The notes under the pieces: model-generated
What the model saw: only the letters and a program-made list of their open reading frames with translations
What the model was told of the DNA's origin: nothing
Database searches by the model: none
Source: Actinomadura alba
Lineage (GTDB): Bacteria; Actinomycetota; Actinomycetes; Streptosporangiales; Streptosporangiaceae
Assembly: GCF_039530285.1 (NCBI RefSeq)
Contig: NZ_BAAAOK010000005.1
Coordinates: 289,961 to 353,960, forward strand
DNA: 64,000 nt
Direction of reading: 5' to 3'
Shown here: in pieces, positions 1-9,575 of the stretch
How the letters are laid out: the number at the start of each line of letters is the position of its first letter
Numbering within the stretch: the first letter of the stretch is position 1
Translations under genes and position numbers: made by a program

Positions 1-659
1 ATCAGCGGGCGGCGCGAGATGTACCGCGCTCCCTCGACGATCGACCCCAGCACGGACCGCCGCTCCTCCGGCGGGCGCAGCGCCGGCACCCTGAGCATGG
101 CGAGCACCGCCACGAGCAGCCCGTACGTCACCGCGTCGACGGCGTACATCAGGCCGGGGCCGGCGAGCGTGATCAGCACGCCGGCCATCAGCGGCCCGAC
201 CAGGATCGCGAGTTCCCGTGACGGGTTGAGCAGGGCGATCGCCTGGGCGATCTGCCCCTTGGGCACCAGCGCCGGGATGAGCGCCTGCCGGGCGGGCTGG
301 TCGAACGTGGCCGCGGCGGTGGTGAGCACCACGGACACGACCACGTGCCACGCACGCGCGTTGCCGGTCAGCGTCAGCCAGGCGAGCGTCGCCGCCACGA
401 GCAGCGCCACCGCCTGCGCCGCCTGGAGCAGCCGGCGCCGGTCGACCCGGTCGGCGAGTGCCCCGCCCAGCGGGCTGAGCACCAGCAGCGCGACCGCCTG
501 GGCCGCCCCGACCAGCCCCGTGTAGGCGATCGAGCCGGTGAGCTGGTACAGGTGAAAGAGGTTGGCGGCCACGGTACCGCGGGTGCCGATCTGCGAGAAG
601 ACGACCCCGGCCCAGTAGAGACCGAAGTCGCGGTCGCGCAGGACCGCGGGCAGGCTCAT
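1..659 (-). CDS. MFS transporter, N-terminal portion (gene runs off window start)
   Basis: Own translation of minus strand from ATG (rc of cat 657-659): MSLPAVLRDRDFGLYWAGVVFSQIGTRGTVAANLFHLYQL..., typical MFS_1 N-terminus; open to position 1; absent from ORF track because incomplete. Confidence 0.55.
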   Translation of the reverse strand, partial: MSLPAVLRDRDFGLYWAGVVFSQIGTRGTVAANLFHLYQLTGSIAYTGLVGAAQAVALLVLSPLGGALADRVDRRRLLQAAQAVALLVAATLAWLTLTGNARAWHVVVSVVLTTAAATFDQPARQALIPALVPKGQIAQAIALLNPSRELAILVGPLMAGVLITLAGPGLMYAVDAVTYGLLVAVLAMLRVPALRPPEERRSVLGSIVEGARYISRRPL

Positions 660-668
660 CCGCCCCCC

Positions 669-1826
669 TCAGTCGACCGGTACCAGAGCCAGCTTGCCGG
701 GATCCAGGCGCAGGTAGACCTCGGTCCCCGGCTTGATCGACACCGCCGGGTTGCCCCGGGCGCGGATCTCGTGGCGGCCGACGCTGACGACATGGTCGAC
801 GGACTCCCCGAGGAACGCGCGGGTCGTCACGGTGCCCGTCCACTCGTTCGGCACCTCGCCCGCGCGGGAGCCCGTGCTGACCTCCACGGCCTCAGGGCGG
901 ATCGAGACGATGACGTCGCCGCCGATCGGGATCGCGGCGGCCGCGTCGAGTACGAGCAACCCGTCCGCCGTGTTGACGGTGTAACGGTCGCCCTCCTTGG
1001 ACACCACGTTGCCCGCGATGAAGTTCGACGTGCCGATGAACTCGGCGACGAACCGGCAGTTCGGGTTCTCGTAGATCTCCCTGGGACGCCCGAGCTGCAT
1101 GACGTCGCCGCTCTTCATGACGGCGATCGAGGTGCTGAGCACCAGCGCCTCGGTCTGGTCATGCGTGACGTACACCGAGGTGATCCCGAGGTCGCGCTGC
1201 AGCCGCTTGAGCTCGTAACGCAGGGACTCGCGGAGCTTCGCGTCGAGGTTGGACAGCGGCTCGTCCAGCAGCAGCAGCGGGGGCTCGATGACCAGCGCGC
1301 GGGCGAGGGCGAGCCGCTGCTGCTGCCCGCCGGAGAGCTTGGTCGCCTGCCGGTCGGCGAGCTCGGCCAGCTCCATGGTGTCCAGGACGCGCATCACCCG
1401 TTCGGCGATCTGTTTCTTGCCGAGCCGTTCGTTACGGCTCTTCACCTGCAGGGGGAAGGCGACGTTGTCGAACACCGACATGTGCGGCCAGATGGCGTAG
1501 GACTGGAAGACCATGCCCAGCCCCCGCTCGTTGGCGGGGACGTTCACCGGTTTGCGCCCCGCACCGCCGGAGAACAGGACCCGGTCCCCCACCTCGATGG
1601 TCCCCGAGTCGGGACGCTCGAGGCCGGCGATCGAGCGAAGGGTGGTGGTCTTGCCGCAGCCGGACGGGCCGAGCAGGGTGAACAGCTCGCCGTTCTCGAC
1701 GTTGAAGCTGATGTCGCTGACGGCGAACACCCTGGCCGGTTCGGTCTTGTCGGTCTTCGACCCGCGCGCGTGGCGCCGGCGGCGCTCGCCGTCGAAGGTC
1801 TTGACGAGGTTGTCTATGCGGAGCAC
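669..1826 (-). CDS. ABC transporter ATP-binding protein (PotA/FbpC-like, with C-terminal TOBE-like extension)
   Basis: 385 aa ORF; Walker A GPSGCGKTT, ABC signature LSGGQQQRLALARAL, Walker B LLLLDEP. Confidence 0.85.
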   Translation of the reverse strand: MLRIDNLVKTFDGERRRRHARGSKTDKTEPARVFAVSDISFNVENGELFTLLGPSGCGKTTTLRSIAGLERPDSGTIEVGDRVLFSGGAGRKPVNVPANERGLGMVFQSYAIWPHMSVFDNVAFPLQVKSRNERLGKKQIAERVMRVLDTMELAELADRQATKLSGGQQQRLALARALVIEPPLLLLDEPLSNLDAKLRESLRYELKRLQRDLGITSVYVTHDQTEALVLSTSIAVMKSGDVMQLGRPREIYENPNCRFVAEFIGTSNFIAGNVVSKEGDRYTVNTADGLLVLDAAAAIPIGGDVIVSIRPEAVEVSTGSRAGEVPNEWTGTVTTRAFLGESVDHVVSVGRHEIRARGNPAVSIKPGTEVYLRLDPGKLALVPVD

Positions 1827-1850
1827 TTGTCCTCCTGATTGGGCGTTGGC

Positions 1851-3578
1851 TCAGTCTTGCCGCAGCCCGACCTTGGCGCCGAGCTTGTAGGCGATGCTGA
1901 CGAGGACGACGAGGGTGAGCACCATGACGACGCCGAGCGCCGACAACACGGTGAACTGGCCGTTCTCGTACTGCTCGAAGATGAGGATGGAGAGGACCTC
2001 GTTGCCCGGGCTGTAGAGCAGGATCGAGCTGGACAGCTCCCGGAACGAGACGACGAGAATGTAGATCCATCCGGCCATGAGGCCCGGTGACAGCAGCGGC
2101 AGCAGCACCCGCCGGAACGTCTGCCACCAGCTGGCACCACTGACCTGCGCGGACTCCTCGAGCTCCGAGGAGATCTGGTGCATCGACGTGACCGCGTAGC
2201 GCATGCCGTACGGCATGTACCGCGTGCAGTAGGCGATCAGCAGGATGAAGATCGTCCCGTAGATCGGAATCGGGCTGCGCAGGTAGACGAACGAGAGCGC
2301 GAGCCCGAGGACGAGCCCGGGGATCACCAGCGGCACGAACGCGAACTGGTCGACGAGCTGCCGTCCGGGGATCCGGGAGCGGACGACGATCCAGGCGGCG
2401 ATCGCCATCCCCGCCATGACGAGGGTGGCCGAGCCGATGCCGAGGAAGAGAGAGTTCTTCAGCGCGGTCATCGCCTGGGACATCTCCAGCAGCTCGCGGT
2501 AGTTGTCCAGGGTCATCGACTTGATCGCGGCGAGCGACGGCGGCTGATAGTAGGGCAGGAACGACGTGTAGAGAAGGACGAGCAGCGGCCCGACCACCGT
2601 GCAGAAGAAGTACAGGACGATGGCGACCCCGATGACCGGCCGCCATTTGCCGAGCTCCATCGGACGGGGCCGGAAGCCCTTGCCGGTCACGGTCTGGAAG
2701 CTCTTCCCGGACCTGCCGACGATGTTGGAGATCGCGACACCGATCATCGCGAGCACCAGGAGGCCCACCGCCAGCGAGCCGGCCGCGCCGAGGTCCGGCG
2801 GATAGGTTCGCAGGACGAAGTAGATGCGGCTGGTGAAGACGTAGATCCCGTTCTGCAGGCCGAGCAGCGCCGGGACCTCGAAGCTCTCCAGGCTGCGGAC
2901 GACCATGATCAGCACGGCCGCGACGATGGCCGGGCGGGTCAGCGGCACCGTGATCTTCAGGAAGACCCGCCACCGGCTCGCCCCGCACATCAGCGCGGAC
3001 TCCTCCAGCGAGGGGTCCATCGACCGGAACGCCGCCACCATGAGCAGGAACACGATCGGCGACAGGTGCAGGCCCTCGACCCAGATCATCCCCCAGACCG
3101 TGAAGACGTCGAGGACGCCCGGGCCGAAGACCGGCTCCAGCAGCTTGTTGAGCAGGCCGATGTCCGGGCTGGCGAGGAAGATCCACGAGATCGTGTAGAG
3201 GATGCCCGGGATGATCAACGGAATGATCGACGCGGCGAAGAACAACGCCTTGAACGGAACGTTCGTACGGACGTTGAAGTAGGCCAGGGCGGTGCCGACG
3301 ACCAGCGACAGCACGGCCGACCCGATCGCGAACCACAGCGAGTTCACGACCAGCGCGCCGATCTCGTCGTCGCCGTACGCACGCGAGAAGCCGTCCAGGG
3401 TGAAGCCCTGGGCGTCGAAGAAGGTCCCCCAGAGCAGGTAGTAGAGCGGCACCAGCGCCAGGTAGCCGATCACACAGGCCACGGCGACGATGATGATCAG
3501 TTTCGGTTTCGGCCACCACCGGCGCCGTCGGCCGGCCGCCGCGTCGGTGGCCGGCACGGCAGTCGATGCCGTGGTCAT
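1851..3578 (-). CDS. ABC transporter permease, fused two-domain (FbpB/ThiP-like)
   Basis: 575 aa ORF, highly hydrophobic, two tandem BPD-transporter-like halves; adjacent to ATPase and SBPs on same strand. Confidence 0.8.
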   Translation of the reverse strand: MTTASTAVPATDAAAGRRRRWWPKPKLIIIVAVACVIGYLALVPLYYLLWGTFFDAQGFTLDGFSRAYGDDEIGALVVNSLWFAIGSAVLSLVVGTALAYFNVRTNVPFKALFFAASIIPLIIPGILYTISWIFLASPDIGLLNKLLEPVFGPGVLDVFTVWGMIWVEGLHLSPIVFLLMVAAFRSMDPSLEESALMCGASRWRVFLKITVPLTRPAIVAAVLIMVVRSLESFEVPALLGLQNGIYVFTSRIYFVLRTYPPDLGAAGSLAVGLLVLAMIGVAISNIVGRSGKSFQTVTGKGFRPRPMELGKWRPVIGVAIVLYFFCTVVGPLLVLLYTSFLPYYQPPSLAAIKSMTLDNYRELLEMSQAMTALKNSLFLGIGSATLVMAGMAIAAWIVVRSRIPGRQLVDQFAFVPLVIPGLVLGLALSFVYLRSPIPIYGTIFILLIAYCTRYMPYGMRYAVTSMHQISSELEESAQVSGASWWQTFRRVLLPLLSPGLMAGWIYILVVSFRELSSSILLYSPGNEVLSILIFEQYENGQFTVLSALGVVMVLTLVVLVSIAYKLGAKVGLRQD

Positions 3579-3669
3579 GCCCTCACCCCACTTCCGGACC
3601 GCTGTGCGGTGTATCGGGTGCAGGCGCGCGGCGCCGCCATCTCCGGCGGCGCCGCCGCGCGCTGGTCGT

Positions 3670-4818
3670 TCACTTTCCGTCGACCTGTTCGCCGGTGGAG
3701 ACGACCTGCTCGTAGCGCTTGCTCCACGTGCTGCTCTGTTCCACCATGGTCTTCACGTCGACCGGAATGATCTCCACGCCCTTGAGCGGGTCGTCGCCCT
3801 CGACGATGGCCGGGGTGAGCCCCTCGCCCACGAGGACCTTCTGGCCCTCATCGAGCATCCAGTCGGCGAACAGCATCGCCGCGGCCGGATGCTTGGCGCT
3901 CTTCATGAGCCCGAACCCGTTGGGCCGGGCGACGACGGGCTCCACGTACGGCTGGTACGCCACCGGAGCGCCCTTCGCCCTCGCGCGCTCCACGATGTAG
4001 GAGTAGTTGGAGGCCACGACCGAGAACTGGCCGGCCGAGAGCAGCTCACCCTGCACGGTGTGCCCCTTGGCGATCATCGCGCCATCGGCCATCCCGGCGA
4101 AGATCTTGTCGACCTCCGCCTCGGTCTTGCCCTGCTTCCTCCAGTAGCCGTGCAGCGTGAGGTACCAGTCGTAGTCGCTGATCTCCAAGGACAGCTTGCC
4201 GTCCCACTTGGGGTCGGCGAGGTCCTCCCACGACTTCGGCTCCTGGCCCTTCGGGACGAGCTTGGTGTTCCAGCTCGGCGCGAAGAGGTTGAACCGGGTG
4301 GCCGTCCAGCCCGCGAACCGGCCGGCCTCCGGCACGATCTGACGCCGCTCGCCGTCGTACTTCGCGAGGATGCGCTCCTTGTCGAGCGCGAACAGCTCGT
4401 TCGCGTTGGTCTCGACCACGTCGTTGCCCTGGTAGCGGGCCCCGTGCTCGGTCAGGATCCGCTGCAGCACGGTCTCGGACCCGGCCCGGTAGAGGTTCAC
4501 CTCAACGTCGAAGGCATCACCGAACGCCTCGGTGACCTTGCTCGCGACGTCACTGGTCATCGAGGTGTAGAGGTTGAGGGTGCCTTCCTGCTCGGCCAGC
4601 TTGACCAGCCGGTCGCGCCGCTCTTTGCCCTTGAGCCCGTTGATCTCGTTGTAGACCTTCTCCGCGGCGGTCGGCCCGCCACCGCCGGCGGCCCCCCCGC
4701 CCCCCGAGGTCGGAGAGCCGCCACAACCGCTCACGACCACCATGACCGCGACACCGGCGGCGAGCAGGCGCCTCGCCTGCGGCCCGGTACGCCGGGTGGG
4801 GGGTCTCATGGTCCTCAT
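3670..4818 (-). CDS. ABC transporter solute-binding lipoprotein (Fe3+/polyamine-type), paralog 1
   Basis: ORF 3670..4866; lipobox VVVSGCGG after signal peptide; probable start MRTMRPP at 4818 giving 4-nt overlap with upstream paralog. Confidence 0.75.
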   Translation of the reverse strand: MRTMRPPTRRTGPQARRLLAAGVAVMVVVSGCGGSPTSGGGGAAGGGGPTAAEKVYNEINGLKGKERRDRLVKLAEQEGTLNLYTSMTSDVASKVTEAFGDAFDVEVNLYRAGSETVLQRILTEHGARYQGNDVVETNANELFALDKERILAKYDGERRQIVPEAGRFAGWTATRFNLFAPSWNTKLVPKGQEPKSWEDLADPKWDGKLSLEISDYDWYLTLHGYWRKQGKTEAEVDKIFAGMADGAMIAKGHTVQGELLSAGQFSVVASNYSYIVERARAKGAPVAYQPYVEPVVARPNGFGLMKSAKHPAAAMLFADWMLDEGQKVLVGEGLTPAIVEGDDPLKGVEIIPVDVKTMVEQSSTWSKRYEQVVSTGEQVDGK

Positions 4819-5954
4819 TTGATCTCCTGACCTGCCTTGACGATGTCGGCGTAGAGGTTGTCCCACTTCTTCGGGTCGGCGAGCAGTTCCTGCTCCGGGG
4901 GCGCGATGATCTTGAGGCCGGCCACCGGGTCCTTCTCGGTCGGGATGGCGCCGATCCGGAACGCCTTCTCAAGGATCTTCTGACCCTCGGTGAGCTCCCA
5001 GTCCGCGAAGAGCATCGCCGCGGCGGGGTGGCTCGCGGTCTTCATGAGCGCCACGCCGTTGGGCCGCATCACGATGGGCTGGACGGGTTCTCCCGAAGCG
5101 GGGCGCCAGCTGACCGGGGCGCCCTTGTCCGCCGCCTTGTCGATGGTGTGGCTGTAGGAGGACACGGTCACCGCGAACTGACCGGCCGACAGCAGTTCGC
5201 CCTGTGTGGTGTGTCCTTTGGCGATCTTGGAGTTGCCAGCGATCTTGGTGAGCAGGTCGCGGACCTCCGCCTCGGGCCGGCCCTGCTTCAGGTAGTACTG
5301 GTAGATGCCGGCGAACCAGTCCACGTCGCCGACCTCCATGGAGACCTGGCCCTTCCACTTCGGGTCGGCCAGGTCCTCGAACGATTTCGGCTCCTGCCCC
5401 GGCTTCACCTTGTCGGTGTTCCAGCCGACGACGAAGACGTTGAACCGGGACGCGGTCCAGCCGTTCGCCTGGCCCTCCTTGCGAACCGAATCGCGCAGCT
5501 GACCCTTGTATTCGTGGAACATGCCCTCGGATTGCATGATGTTGAGCTCGCCGGCGTTCGTGTCGACGAAGTCGTTGCCGAGGTAACCGGCCTGCTGCTC
5601 CTGCCTGACGCGCTGGAGCACCGACTCGGAGTTGCCGCGGTAGACGCTCACTTCGATGTCGTAGGTCTCCTCGAACCCTTCGACCAGCTTGTCCATGTCG
5701 GTGTTCGAGGTGTAGATAGCGAGTTTTCCCTCCTTCTCGGCGAGTTCGACGAGCGTCTTGCGCCGCTCCTCACCGGTGAGCCCGTTGATCCGGTCATAGA
5801 CCGGCTGGGCCTTCGCGGCGGCCTGCGCGGCCGCCTTGTTGCCCGCGCCCTTGGCGGACGCGCCGCCCGAGGCGGTCGGCGAGGCGCCGCAGGCCGTGAG
5901 GAGGAGGGCGGTGGCCAGGAGTGCCACCGATCCGAGAGGTGTGTGGTGTCGCAT
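4815..5954 (-). CDS. ABC transporter solute-binding lipoprotein, paralog 2
   Basis: 379 aa ORF; lipobox LLTACGAS; clearly homologous to downstream SBP (e.g. ...TSNTDMDKLVEGFEETYDIEVSVYRGNSESVLQRV / ...TSMTSDVASKVTEAFGDAFDVEVNLYRAGSETVLQRI); GGGAG RBS before ATG. Confidence 0.8.
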   Translation of the reverse strand: MRHHTPLGSVALLATALLLTACGASPTASGGASAKGAGNKAAAQAAAKAQPVYDRINGLTGEERRKTLVELAEKEGKLAIYTSNTDMDKLVEGFEETYDIEVSVYRGNSESVLQRVRQEQQAGYLGNDFVDTNAGELNIMQSEGMFHEYKGQLRDSVRKEGQANGWTASRFNVFVVGWNTDKVKPGQEPKSFEDLADPKWKGQVSMEVGDVDWFAGIYQYYLKQGRPEAEVRDLLTKIAGNSKIAKGHTTQGELLSAGQFAVTVSSYSHTIDKAADKGAPVSWRPASGEPVQPIVMRPNGVALMKTASHPAAAMLFADWELTEGQKILEKAFRIGAIPTEKDPVAGLKIIAPPEQELLADPKKWDNLYADIVKAGQEIK

Positions 5955-6233
5955 TACTACTCTCCCGCGAGTTGCCTGGGCGGGCGTTCGCCGACCCGGC
6001 GCTGGGCTGATGTAGGGGGTTCCCCGCGAGGAACCGAGCGGTCAGGTCGGGTTCGGGTTCCGGACGGGCTCGACGACCGAACCGCTGTCACCGTGCGTGT
6101 GGCCCCTGTGGACGACGGTGCGATCTCGGACGCGCTGCGGTTCTGCTTCTCGCCGGCGAGCACGCCCGGCGGGTAGTCGCGCACAATACCTCCTGTGGCT
6201 TGAATCACGTTGAGTAGATAGCAACCTGGGACT

Positions 6234-6248
6234 AAAGGTCTAACCTTT
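6234..6248. promoter_or_regulatory. 15-bp palindrome AAAGGT-CTA-ACCTTT (GGT-N3-ACC operator-like) upstream of SBP operon
   Basis: Perfect 6-bp arms seen in sequence; same GGT-N3-ACC core as other sites in the island. Confidence 0.3.
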
Positions 6249-6270
6249 GGCCCAAAGTTTTACCAGACCG

Positions 6271-7107
6271 TTATCTCGCGGACAAGAGATGGAGCGGATC
6301 TCCGGCTAGAAGGCGGGCGACGTCCGCGACGGTGATCCCGCGCATCACGTCCCGCGCCGTCTCGGCGACCGGAATGCCGAGATCGACCCGCTCGGCCATC
6401 GCCGCCGTATTGGCCAGGTCCTTCGCATGCCAGGTGAGGCGCATCCGGTCCAGCTCGCGCAGCGTCCGCGAGTCGGTCGGGCCGTCCATCAGCGCCCGCC
6501 GCAGGACGGGCACCGACACCCCGGCCCGGCGGGCGAGCTCCAGCGCCTCGGTGATCGCGCAGATCTGCGCCCAGTGGATGAGGTTGTTCGCCGTCTTGCC
6601 GACCTGACCGGCGCCGAGCGGCCCGAGATGGTGTACCGCGCTCGTCCACGGTTCGAGCACGGGACGGATCCGCTCCAGCACCGCGGCGTCACCGCCGACG
6701 AGGAGATTGACCTCGCCCGCCTCCGCCCCGCGCACCCCGCCGGTGAGGGCGGTGTCGAGCACGTGCACGCCCGGCGGTGCCGCCGCGGCCACCCGCTCGC
6801 ACGTCTCCGGGCGCACCGATGAGCAGAGCAGCACGACCGACCCCGCCCGCGCACCGCCGAGCACACCATCCGGACCGAGACACACCTCGCAGACGTCCTC
6901 GTCGGTGGGCACGAACACCGCGACCACCTCGGACCTGGCGGCCAGATCGGCGGGGTCCGACGCGTCCCGCGCGCCGTTCGCGACCGCCGCGGCGACCGCC
7001 GCCCGGTCGACGTCCAGCACCACGACGTCCACCTCGGCCGCGAGGAGGTGGCCGACCACCGGAGACCCCATCGCCCCGAGGCCGATCACTCCCACCTTTG
7101 CTCCCAT
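6271..7107 (-). CDS. NAD(P)-dependent 3-hydroxyisobutyrate dehydrogenase-family oxidoreductase
   Basis: Rossmann motif GVIGLGAMGSPVVGHLL at proposed start MGAKVGV (ATG rc at 7105-7107, AAGGGGAGAAG SD); upstream part of 361-aa ORF is compositionally junk. Confidence 0.75.
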   Translation of the reverse strand: MGAKVGVIGLGAMGSPVVGHLLAAEVDVVVLDVDRAAVAAAVANGARDASDPADLAARSEVVAVFVPTDEDVCEVCLGPDGVLGGARAGSVVLLCSSVRPETCERVAAAAPPGVHVLDTALTGGVRGAEAGEVNLLVGGDAAVLERIRPVLEPWTSAVHHLGPLGAGQVGKTANNLIHWAQICAITEALELARRAGVSVPVLRRALMDGPTDSRTLRELDRMRLTWHAKDLANTAAMAERVDLGIPVAETARDVMRGITVADVARLLAGDPLHLLSAR

Positions 7108-7235
7108 GGCTTCTCCCCTTGTCGTCGCCGTCGGCCCGGCCCGCTCGCGGGCGCCGCGGCGTATGCGTGGCGGTGCCGGTCCCGCGGAGCGATGAGAACG
7201 CCGCGCGAAGCCTGACGCACTGCCCTGTAACCGTG

Positions 7236-7250
7236 AAAGGTAATACCATT
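7236..7250. promoter_or_regulatory. Operator-like motif AAAGGTAATACCATT in divergent promoter region
   Basis: GGT-AAT-ACC inverted repeat; 11-mer GTAATACCATT recurs exactly at 28379-28389. Confidence 0.3.
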
Positions 7251-7276
7251 CCCCAAAAATGAGGAGAGGGGAACTA

Positions 7277-8554
7277 GTGCGCCGAGCCGCGGGATCCTTC
7301 ATCGTCCGCGCCCGCGCCGCCCACCGGCGTGTCTTCCGCTCCCTCGCCGTGCCCAACTACCGGCGTTTCTTCCTCGGGCACGCGGTGAGCGTCGCGGGCA
7401 CCTGGATGCAGCGGGTGGCCCAGGACTGGCTGGTTCTCGACCTGTCCGACTCGGCGGTCGCGCTGGGTCTCGCGGCCTCGCTGCAGTTCCTGCCCACCCT
7501 CGTGTTCGGGCTGTGGGGCGGCGTGCTCGTCGACCGGCTCGACCGGCGCCGTACGATCATGGCGACCCAAGCGGTCAGCGCGCTACTCGCCGCGGTGCTC
7601 GCCGCGGTGGTGCTCGGCGGCGTCGTGCGGCTCTGGATGGTCTACGCGCTCGCGCTCTGCTTGGGCCTGGTCACCGTGCTCGACGTGCCCGCCCGGCACG
7701 CCTTCGTCACCGAGATGGTGGAGCCGGAGGACTACGTCAACGCCCAGGCGCTGAACTCGAGCGTGCACAACCTGGGCCGGCTCGCCGGCCCGGCGATCGC
7801 CGGGCTGCTGATCGCGGCCGTCGATGTCGGCGCGGCGTTCGCCGTCAACGCGCTGTCCTTCGCGGCGGTCCTGCTAGGGCTGGCGCGCATGGACACCGGC
7901 CAACTACGCCGGCTGCCCGCCACCCGCCGGGCGAGAGGCCAGGTGAGACAAGGCCTGCGGTACGTCTGGCGGCACCCTGAGCTGCGTGCCTGCATGTTCC
8001 TCGTTGCGGTGGTGGCCCTCCTGGGCCAGAACTTCCGGGTCGTCCTGCCGCTGCTCGCCCGGGACACGTTCGAAGGGACGGCCGAGGTCTACGGATGGCT
8101 CACCTCCGCACTGGGCGCGGGCGCGGTGCTCGGCGCCCTGGCCAGCGCCGCGCGCGAGAACGTGACCGCGTGGTCTCTGCTGACCTGGACATGGGCCTTC
8201 GCCGCCGTCAACGCGGTCGCCGCCGTGGCCCCCGGCCTCGGCATCGCGCTGGCGGTGATGGTCGGCGTCGGCGTCGCGAACATCTGCTTCAACACCCTCG
8301 CGCGCACCCTTCTGCAACTCGGTACGGACCCCGGGATGCAGGGCCGGGTCATCGCCCTGCACAGCTTCGTCTTCCTCGGCAGCACCCCGTTCGGCGGCCC
8401 GATCACCGGCTGGGTCTGCGAGCAGTGGGGACCCAGGGCCGGGCTCCTGCTCGCCGGCGTCTCCGCCGGGCTGGCCGGGATGGTGGTGCTTCCGCACCTG
8501 CGCCGGGCGCGTCCCCGCGACAGGCCGGACGGCCGGGACGGTTCGACCGCGTGA
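7277..8554 (+). CDS. MFS transporter
   Basis: ORF 7259..8554; GTG at 7277 preceded by GAGGAGAGGGG; 12 predicted TM segments, motif LWGGVLVDRLDRRR between TM2-3. Confidence 0.8.
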   Translation: MRRAAGSFIVRARAAHRRVFRSLAVPNYRRFFLGHAVSVAGTWMQRVAQDWLVLDLSDSAVALGLAASLQFLPTLVFGLWGGVLVDRLDRRRTIMATQAVSALLAAVLAAVVLGGVVRLWMVYALALCLGLVTVLDVPARHAFVTEMVEPEDYVNAQALNSSVHNLGRLAGPAIAGLLIAAVDVGAAFAVNALSFAAVLLGLARMDTGQLRRLPATRRARGQVRQGLRYVWRHPELRACMFLVAVVALLGQNFRVVLPLLARDTFEGTAEVYGWLTSALGAGAVLGALASAARENVTAWSLLTWTWAFAAVNAVAAVAPGLGIALAVMVGVGVANICFNTLARTLLQLGTDPGMQGRVIALHSFVFLGSTPFGGPITGWVCEQWGPRAGLLLAGVSAGLAGMVVLPHLRRARPRDRPDGRDGSTA

Positions 8555-8557
8555 CCG

Positions 8558-9301
8558 TCAGTCCAGGGCGAGCCCCGACAGCCGGAGCCGGGCCACATGA
8601 TGCCGCCAGATGTTCAGGTCGTTGAACGACGATCCGAGGTCCGGCAGTTCCGCAACGTCCTCCGGGGTGAGGTCGGCCGCGCGGTCACCCAGCCGCGCCC
8701 GTTCCACGCTGACGCGGGCGAGCACGTCCAGGGTCAGCGCGCGCACGACGGCCTGCTCGACGGCGTGCGGGCCGGACCCGACCGTGGTGATCCCGTGTCC
8801 CCGCATGACGCACACCGTGGACGCCCCCATCGCCTCGACGAGTTCGCGGCCGAGTTCCGGCCGGCGTACGAGGACGGCCCGCGGGTACACGGGGACCCCT
8901 TCGAGGGCCATGCGGGCGGCGGGGATGTTGTACGCGCCGAACACCGGACGCAGCGGCACCTCCTCCACGCCCGCCACCAGGACCGCGGGTGGATGACAGT
9001 GCACGACGGCGTCGACCTCGGGACGGGCTCTCAACACCTCGCCGTGGATCGGCAGTTCGTTCGGGACGGCCCAGCCCTCGAGCTCCCCCCGTCCGTCGAG
9101 GTCGACCTGACGCACGTCCTCGTCGAAGGTGAACAGCAGCCCCTGCTCCTGCGGGCCCCGGCAGCGGACGAGCATCCGGTCCGCTCCGACCCGTACGCTC
9201 ACGTGGCCGAGGATGTCCTCGGCCAGGCCGGCGTTCGCGAGGATGCGGCAGGCCAGCGCGATGGTCCGGCGCAGGTCGGTGAACTCGGTGGGGACGGTCA
9301 C
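8558..9301 (-). CDS. class II aldolase/adducin-family protein
   Basis: In-frame with ORF 8558..9538; proposed GTG start (rc cac 9299-9301) gives MTVPTEFTDLRRTIALACRILANAGLAEDILGHVSVRV..., typical family N-terminus; upstream 80 codons look like wrong-frame GC-rich translation. Confidence 0.7.
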   Translation of the reverse strand: MTVPTEFTDLRRTIALACRILANAGLAEDILGHVSVRVGADRMLVRCRGPQEQGLLFTFDEDVRQVDLDGRGELEGWAVPNELPIHGEVLRARPEVDAVVHCHPPAVLVAGVEEVPLRPVFGAYNIPAARMALEGVPVYPRAVLVRRPELGRELVEAMGASTVCVMRGHGITTVGSGPHAVEQAVVRALTLDVLARVSVERARLGDRAADLTPEDVAELPDLGSSFNDLNIWRHHVARLRLSGLALD

Positions 9302-9310
9302 GCTGGTCTC

Positions 9311-9540
9311 CGTTCGGCAGGATGCTGACGTGGATGGCGCCTGGGTCGGTCCGCGCGCCGGCGACGCGCAACGCGTGGTGCGCCGCGTCGAGCGGGAACC
9401 GGTGGGTGCACAGCAGGTCGAGCGGGTAACCCCGCGAACGGATGATCTCGATCGCCGGGTCCACACTGCGATGGCGAGCCGGAAGTCTCGGAAGTGGTCG
9501 TAGCCGGTGGTGGCGATGCTCAGGTGGAGATTGCCCATGG
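9311..9540 (-). pseudogene. 3' remnant of a Zn-dependent alcohol dehydrogenase (MDR) gene, frameshifted
   Basis: Frame A: ...SIATTGYDHFRDFRLAI; frame B: AIEIIRSRGYPLDLLCTHRFPLDAAHHALRV..., together matching the C-terminal ~75 aa of sorbitol/threonine dehydrogenases (…THRFPL…); no N-terminal coding part upstream. Confidence 0.35.
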
Positions 9541-9575
9541 GCGTCCTCTTTCGGGTGTCGGGGCCTGTAGGGTAA

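Noticed and set aside
345-3770. Long ORFs 345..1838(+), 1432..3519(-), 2178..3770(+) and many similar 300-700-aa ORFs throughout (e.g. 3490..4830, 5028..6176, 9601..10890, 13809..15269, 17112..18434, 34031..35965, 37176..38867, 44760..46070, 47711..49516, 52876..54486, 58901..59911)
   Set aside because: Their translations are Arg/Gly/Pro/Ala-rich low-complexity strings typical of wrong-frame or antisense reading of 70% GC DNA. Each overlaps a gene with clear family motifs on the other strand or frame.
5955-6233. Possible riboswitch (e.g. TPP) in the ~280-nt leader of the SBP/ABC operon
   Set aside because: I could not find the conserved CUGAGA / ACCUGAUCUGGAUAAUGCCAGCGUAGGGA cores or any other riboswitch consensus. 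Only a GGTTCC…GGAACC hairpin and CCGAAC repeats are present.
9302-9538. N-terminal 80-codon extension of the class II aldolase ORF (start MGNLHL… at 9538)
   Set aside because: The extension translates to Arg/Ser/Thr-rich junk, whereas the other frame carries Zn-ADH C-terminal motifs. The real aldolase start is taken as GTG 9301.
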